Origin: a virus
Lineage: Duplodnaviria > Caudoviricetes
IMG/VR virus record: IMGVR_UViG_3300023172_000022
Location: 12,302-76,301 of that record
DNA length: 64,000 bases
Direction: 5' to 3' (one strand)
Below the pieces are notes generated by a model that ran no database searches, had not been told where the DNA came from, and was given only the letters and a program-made list of their open reading frames with translations. Positions 58,891 to 64,000 of this stretch are shown piece after piece; positions within the stretch are counted from its first letter, which is position 1, and each line of letters starts with the position of its first letter. Made by a program: the position numbers and the translations under genes.

Positions 58891-61242
58891 ATGGCCCAAC
58901 CAGCCTCATTAGAAATGATTGCCAGTAATATTAGTCAATTTAATGGTAATTATAGAAAACTTTCCGAAACACTTAAACAAACATCTGAAAGATTGGATAC
59001 AGGTTCCGCATCAGTAGCTTTGCAACAGTTGGGAGATGTGATTTCTGCATCACAAGACTTATCTGTTGGAGAGTTGAAAAAAACAAGAAAAGATCTTAGT
59101 ATATTAAAAGAACAAGTAAACCAATCAAACAGAATTTCAGAAGGCGATAGAGAAAATATCTTATCTCTAATTTCAAATCAGGAAAAAATTGTTTCGCAAA
59201 ATACAACTCTAGCAAAAAGAGCGGCAGATTTCGTACAAACAAAGGTGAAAGAAAATTCTATTGATATTACTGGTGTAGTTTCTGGTGCGTTAGCAGAGTC
59301 TCCAGCTCTCGCCATGGGCGTTACATTCATTGGTAATAAAATAAAGGAAATGCGTGAGGCCGCAAAGGAGAGAAAGGCACAAAGGGCGGAAAGAATTGCC
59401 GCACTACAAGAGCAGGAAAGAATACAAGACCAAGAATACGAAGCACTTCGCGGCGTCATAACGAATCAACAAACATTAGAAAAAATGAATATGTCTCAAG
59501 AAGAGGCAACCCAAAATGCAATCGCGGCAGGCAAAGATTATCAAGAGTATGTAGACGAACTAAAAAATACATTAATTACCGAATCTAGAAGTAGGGCCCA
59601 ACGAGAACAACTAGAAAAAGATAGGATTGAGGCACTAGACAGTCTCAGAGAAAAATACGCAATTTCAGTTGGTGGGGAAACAACCGATTCTAATGATAGT
59701 CCAGTATCAACACCCAACAAATCACCATCAGTTAGTGGCGGCGGAGATGGGTTTGAAAGAATAGAAGATGGTTTGCATGAAGGAACTCCATACTTAGCGC
59801 AGATAAGAGATCTATTAAGTTTCATGGGAGATGAAACTACAGGTGATATAGAAACGCAAAGAGAATCAAAAAGACTCGAACTAAAAAAACTGACTGAAGC
59901 AGAAAGAACAAATGAACTACTAGAAAAACTTTTAAAGGTTGGTGGAGTGGGCGGTGGAGCAGGAAACGAAGGTTCACTATTAGATACCGCCGGTGATATC
60001 GGCGGGGCACTTGCTCTTGGTTCAGCGGCATTGACACAAGTAAAAGGACTTTTTGGTAAAGTTAAGAGCTTCTTTGGATTTGGTGGAGCTCCAGAAGGAA
60101 AAGCAAAAGTAAAGTCAACAGCAAAACCGATTAAACCAAGAGGAAGATTTGGCAATCTTTTCAGGCTTGGTACAAAAATTACTGCGACAGCTGGTGGATT
60201 TTTAGGACTTAATAAACTATTTGGTGGCGCTGATGATGCAGTTGCCCCAAAACCCGCAGCATCTAAAGGATTTTTAAGAAATACATTTGATAAACTAAGG
60301 GGCGTAAACAATACCCCAGAAGTAGTTACTAGAACAGCTCCAACGGTTGGTAGAGATGCAACAACAGGAAGATTTACAAAATTGCCTGCGGCCCCACCAC
60401 CACCAAAACCATCAATTATCGCAAAATCTTTTAATAGTGTGAAAAATATAATACCAAAAGGAATGTTTGGTAGAAGTTTGGGATTATTGAGTGTGGGATT
60501 TGGTGCATATGATGTTGCGCAAATATTAAAAGACGAAGATTTATCAAAAAATGAAAAAACAGAAGAAGTTTCTGCTGTAGTGGGTGGCACAGGCGGTGCA
60601 ATGGCTGGAGCTGCAGCTGGAGCTATAGCGGGCTCAGTAGTACCAGTTGTAGGAACTTTACTTGGCACACTTATAGGTGGTGCCGCAGGTTATTTTCTTG
60701 GAGACAAAGTGGGTAGAGAAGCTTCTAATATTTTTAAAGCTCCAGAAAGTGTAGAACTAAATGAAGAAGGTAAAATCATAACTAAAAAAATTGAACCAAT
60801 GATTGGTGAAAATTTACCGGAAAAGGTCGAACCCAGACCAGAAAGAGTTGGAAGAATGATGCCAGGCCAGGCTGCAGAACTAAAAAGGAAACAATCTGAA
60901 TGGGACGCCTTATACGGATTAAGTTACGACAAGGACGGCAACTTACTTTCACAAGAAAGACAGAGTATAAATATAAAGTCAGATGAAATACAAAAACAAC
61001 TAATGTTGACAGACAGACAAAAAGCAGCTTTGTTAGCAAGTCAACAAAGGAATTCTGCTATGAAAGAAAACGCATTGAATTCGGCACTACCAAGTGCCGT
61101 GGATGGTGCAAAGACAGCTATTGTCAATGCACCTACATCAGTAACGAACAATAGTTCGTCAACTGCGATAGTAATGCCTAGTGTTAGAAATAATGAAATG
61201 GCACTACTACAGTCTCATAACCTACTTAAAGGAGGATGGTAA
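58891..61242 (+). CDS. Tape measure protein (gp29-like)
   Basis: Lies after gp26/gp51. Helical charged N-terminal half, Gly/Ala-zipper hydrophobic segments and a C-terminal IVNAPT.V.NN motif. Confidence 0.7.
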   Translation: MAQPASLEMIASNISQFNGNYRKLSETLKQTSERLDTGSASVALQQLGDVISASQDLSVGELKKTRKDLSILKEQVNQSNRISEGDRENILSLISNQEKIVSQNTTLAKRAADFVQTKVKENSIDITGVVSGALAESPALAMGVTFIGNKIKEMREAAKERKAQRAERIAALQEQERIQDQEYEALRGVITNQQTLEKMNMSQEEATQNAIAAGKDYQEYVDELKNTLITESRSRAQREQLEKDRIEALDSLREKYAISVGGETTDSNDSPVSTPNKSPSVSGGGDGFERIEDGLHEGTPYLAQIRDLLSFMGDETTGDIETQRESKRLELKKLTEAERTNELLEKLLKVGGVGGGAGNEGSLLDTAGDIGGALALGSAALTQVKGLFGKVKSFFGFGGAPEGKAKVKSTAKPIKPRGRFGNLFRLGTKITATAGGFLGLNKLFGGADDAVAPKPAASKGFLRNTFDKLRGVNNTPEVVTRTAPTVGRDATTGRFTKLPAAPPPPKPSIIAKSFNSVKNIIPKGMFGRSLGLLSVGFGAYDVAQILKDEDLSKNEKTEEVSAVVGGTGGAMAGAAAGAIAGSVVPVVGTLLGTLIGGAAGYFLGDKVGREASNIFKAPESVELNEEGKIITKKIEPMIGENLPEKVEPRPERVGRMMPGQAAELKRKQSEWDALYGLSYDKDGNLLSQERQSINIKSDEIQKQLMLTDRQKAALLASQQRNSAMKENALNSALPSAVDGAKTAIVNAPTSVTNNSSSTAIVMPSVRNNEMALLQSHNLLKGGW

Positions 61243-61476
61243 ATGGAGATCTTAAATAAAGTAAAGACATGGGCAGGCGCCTTAGCCGAGGCGGGTGTTA
61301 GTCTTATTGGATTGGGAATCGTATTGGAAATTTTGTTTAGTGGTATGAATGTCCCTTTCTGGCCAGATGTTGCTGTGACATCTAATATTTTAGGATTGCT
61401 AGGAAACTTTAGTGACCAAGGTCTAGTAGGACTTGTTGCTCTTGCAATTTTGTGGCATATTTGGAATAAAAAATAA
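61243..61476 (+). CDS. Small membrane protein (77 aa)
   Basis: Two hydrophobic segments, AAGGAGG RBS and a KK C-terminus. Confidence 0.75.
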   Translation: MEILNKVKTWAGALAEAGVSLIGLGIVLEILFSGMNVPFWPDVAVTSNILGLLGNFSDQGLVGLVALAILWHIWNKK

Positions 61477-61484
61477 TTTCAACA

Positions 61485-61619
61485 ATGTTTCATAAAAATT
61501 TGGATGGCATTAGTTTAATTATTTTAGGATTGATTATTCTTTTGGCCAAACCAGTTGCAACACTTGCAGCATATGTAGCCATAGTAGTTGGTGCATATTC
61601 GATTTATAAAAAATTTTAA
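61485..61619 (+). CDS. Small membrane protein, 44 aa (MFHKNLDGISLIILGLIILLAKPVATLAAYVAIVVGAYSIYKKF)
   Basis: Below the ORF-track cutoff. It fills the gap up to the terminator and has a helical-hairpin pattern; the RBS is weak. Confidence 0.65.
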   Translation: MFHKNLDGISLIILGLIILLAKPVATLAAYVAIVVGAYSIYKKF

Positions 61620-61621
61620 AT

Positions 61622-61652
61622 AAGAAAAAAGAGGGCGAATTTCGCCCTCTTT
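61622..61652. terminator. Terminator between convergent transcription units (stronger on minus strand)
   Basis: AAAGAGGGCG-AATTT-CGCCCTCTTT hairpin with a T6 tail on the minus strand. Confidence 0.85.
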
Positions 61653-61799
61653 CCAACCGTAAGATAACTTATTATTTTTTTCTCCTAAAATACTTCAAAT
61701 AATTTGTTATCGAAGCTTCTCTTTTGTGTATCGGTCTTTTTAGGTGGTGTTATCTACCGTTTTATGGTCTGCTTCACCAAGGAATTATCCGACTTACCT

Positions 61800-62708
61800 T
61801 TAGTCCTCATTCGCAAGTTTCTGAAAATAAGATAATGAGTCGTCATCATCTTCATCTTCATCAGTTTCAAAACTAGAAAGTTTCTCCGCATACGATTTAG
61901 ACTCTACTACTGGAGTTCGAATTGTTTCACTTTCTGTGATAATTTCTTCCTCAGCAGTAGTAGTTGCTTGCACTGTACCTAATACTTTATCCAAGCGTTC
62001 TTTGAGTTGTTCATATGATTTAAACACCTCAGGCGAAACAAACTCTTCCAGAGAATGTTGCATATTATATATATTTTCAAGTTCTTCATCACTATCTGAC
62101 AAAGGGGCGGAGATATCAAATTCTGATTTATCATAATTCTGATAACCATCAACTTTACGGATTTTTAGTTTAAAGTTTGCACCACTCCAAAAATCAAATG
62201 GGTTGATTGGATCTTCGTCCTCAAACTCTGGACGCATTAGGTCTTGCAATTTGTCAAAGATTTTCTTACCATACTGATAGAGAAAAACTTTACCTTCATT
62301 GTCTGGATTAGCAGGATCTTTGACAACGTAAATGTTAGAGATATATTTCAACTTACGTTTTCTATCTCTAACGATGTTCTGGTTCGCAGTCGAACCAGTG
62401 TTCCACAACTCTGTATTGGCCTCGCAGACGGGGCATTTCTTGTTGATAGTTGTTAAACAATTATCAATCAGCCAACCGCCAGGGCCTTTGAAACCGTGAT
62501 TAAACACACGGGCCCAAGGCAAATCCTCACCATCAGGCGCTGGGAGGAAACGAAAAACCGCATAACCATTTCCTGTTTTATCTACAGATGGTTTCCAAAA
62601 TCTTTCATCTCTATTTGATGATGTTTGTTGTGGGGATACCGTTTTTTCTAATTCTTGTGTAAGTTTAGAAAAGTTAGAACGATTCTTCTTTAATGTAGCA
62701 AAAGACAT
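61800..62708 (-). CDS. gp32: Single-stranded DNA-binding protein gp32
   Basis: DERFWKP..DK.GNGYAV.RFLP, H.F.GPGGW.I.NC.TT....CPVC Zn site, NPFDFW.GANFKLK, acidic tail ending LSYFQKLA. Confidence 0.97.
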   Translation of the reverse strand: MSFATLKKNRSNFSKLTQELEKTVSPQQTSSNRDERFWKPSVDKTGNGYAVFRFLPAPDGEDLPWARVFNHGFKGPGGWLIDNCLTTINKKCPVCEANTELWNTGSTANQNIVRDRKRKLKYISNIYVVKDPANPDNEGKVFLYQYGKKIFDKLQDLMRPEFEDEDPINPFDFWSGANFKLKIRKVDGYQNYDKSEFDISAPLSDSDEELENIYNMQHSLEEFVSPEVFKSYEQLKERLDKVLGTVQATTTAEEEIITESETIRTPVVESKSYAEKLSSFETDEDEDDDDSLSYFQKLANED

Positions 62709-62780
62709 GTATTTCTCCTAATATTCGTTGTATGTTTTTGTATTCGATTAAGTTATAGTCTAACTCAAACTATAAGAAAG

Positions 62781-62809
62781 ACTATAACACTATTTATAAC
62801 ACTTGTCAA
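62781..62809 (-). promoter_or_regulatory. Composite promoter: sigma70-like TTGACA-17nt-TATAGT (extended TG) with late TATAAATA (62791-62798) inside the spacer
   Basis: Minus strand reads TTGACA AGTGTTATAAATAGTGT TATAGT upstream of gp32. Confidence 0.8.
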
Positions 62810-62827
62810 TAGTGTTTTTCAAAAAAC

Positions 62828-63799
62828 TTATAATCCATTCGGTAAAATTACATAATGAATTGCAAGTACAAGAGCAACAGAAGCACCCAATCCTACCATC
62901 ATTTTACCAAAGTCTTTTGCAACCAATGGAAATACTGATTTGGTTTTCTTCTTACCAAAGTAAGTGGCCATTGCAAGTTCACGACCTGCAAGTAAACCAA
63001 CAAACACCCAAGTAGTTGACATTGGAATATCATTCAACTCTTTGAAGAAGTATAAACACAACCAATAGAATAAGTCAATCAAAGTCGCAGATCTTACATA
63101 TCTTGTGTTATGTTTTTCTAAAACGATTTGTTGGATTTTACCACCACGTTCACGAAACATAAAAAACAAACCAGAAACAAATACTATCGAAATGAATATC
63201 ATCAAATCTACTGGTACTTGTCTTGGCAAGAAAACAGCAATGTTTGCGATATCATGACTTAACCAAGTCCACCATAAACCACCAGTGGCAACCCACTGTG
63301 CAATTCTCCAATAATTTTTATTTTTTTCGTTTACTGGTTTTGTTTCATCAAACCAATGATGAAAAAACTTATTCAGTCCAAACCAAACTACATATGCAAA
63401 TGCAGCCGCTACACCATAACCCATAATAGATTTCATCAACATTTTTTCCAACACAAAAGTTGAAGCAAATACTGATAAAACTAAGAATGATGTAGAAACT
63501 GGTACACCTATTCGTGTTAATGCAACAAGTAGAGCTGGGGCCATTGCATGATACCACTGGACTTCTTGCCACGGAATTTTATTTAATCTACCATAACTGA
63601 TGTCACCACCATTCATACTCCAACCATACCAGAGTGTTGCTAATAGGACAGCGGAAGCCGCAATCCATAATGTTTTATAGGAAAATCTCTCATTATTAGA
63701 TGCCATCCATGTGCCGAGAGTTTGCACAGAATCGTTTGCAATAACTGCATATGCAGCTAACAGAAAGCCCACTAGGGCCCATAGTGTGAGTGCGTCCAT
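62828..63799 (-). CDS. PiT/Pho4-family-like inorganic phosphate transporter (auxiliary metabolic gene)
   Basis: Multi-TM protein with two-fold repeated signatures: ANDSVQTLG / SHDIANIA and PVSTS / PMSTT, resembling the PiT GAND.AN and P.STT motifs. Confidence 0.7.
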   Translation of the reverse strand: MDALTLWALVGFLLAAYAVIANDSVQTLGTWMASNNERFSYKTLWIAASAVLLATLWYGWSMNGGDISYGRLNKIPWQEVQWYHAMAPALLVALTRIGVPVSTSFLVLSVFASTFVLEKMLMKSIMGYGVAAAFAYVVWFGLNKFFHHWFDETKPVNEKNKNYWRIAQWVATGGLWWTWLSHDIANIAVFLPRQVPVDLMIFISIVFVSGLFFMFRERGGKIQQIVLEKHNTRYVRSATLIDLFYWLCLYFFKELNDIPMSTTWVFVGLLAGRELAMATYFGKKKTKSVFPLVAKDFGKMMVGLGASVALVLAIHYVILPNGL

Positions 63800-63855
63800 G
63801 TTTAATCCTTTCTTTTCTGCTTGCAGGCTTTACCCCTGCGCTCACATCAGTAATA

Positions 63856-64000
63856 CTATGTTTCAGTATTACCTTTTGGATTAGTAATTTTCTTCCAACC
63901 TACTTTTGTTTTTACTAAAACATTATCTGCTGTTTTAAAATCTACTCCAGCAGAACCAGTAGCCTCCGCAACCTCTTTTTTGTGTTTTTGTATTAACATA
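63856..64000 (-). CDS. Hypothetical protein, probably the C-terminal part (...VKTKVGWKKITNPKGNTET)
   Basis: Open frame from the window end to TAG at 63858-63856. Confidence 0.55.
   Translation of the reverse strand, partial: MLIQKHKKEVAEATGSAGVDFKTADNVLVKTKVGWKKITNPKGNTET

Noticed and set aside
59541-60668. 375-aa antisense ORF inside the tape measure gene
   Set aside because: Mirror of Gly/Ala/Lys-rich sense codons, with no recognisable motifs or expression signals.
1-64000. Stop-codon reassignment, tRNAs, introns or inteins
   Set aside because: Genes tile densely under the standard code, with TAA, TAG and TGA all used as stops. No tRNA, intron or intein signatures were recognised by eye.

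Overview
AT-rich window from a large T4-like (gp55-type late promoter) myovirus, most likely marine, covering the tail/baseplate region. The right half has a recognisable marine T4-like core. Leftward: gp48, gp53, gp27-like hub, two tandem gp5 spike genes, gp25, gp6, gp7-like, gp8 and a 2404-aa DUF4815/VrlC-like protein. Rightward: gp4, gp2, gp54, gp26, gp51 and a tape measure-like gene. These are followed by gp32 and a PiT/Pho4-like transporter. The left ~34 kb is a leftward array of accessory virion and fibre genes built from shared modules. It includes four large paralogs with a conserved split core and variable inserts, and a PAAR protein fused to a TIGR02594/NlpC-P60-like hydrolase. Main points of interest: (1) a T6SS-like spike arrangement, with an enzyme-loaded PAAR displaced ~36 kb from two gp5 paralogs, one with and one without lysozyme; (2) a clear -1 frameshift signal fusing gp26 to a start-less gp51 upstream of the tape measure gene, like lambda G/GT; (3) the four-paralog scaffold family; (4) a compact GC-rich RNA structure in front of the transporter gene. 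All family assignments come from motif recognition by eye; no searches were run.
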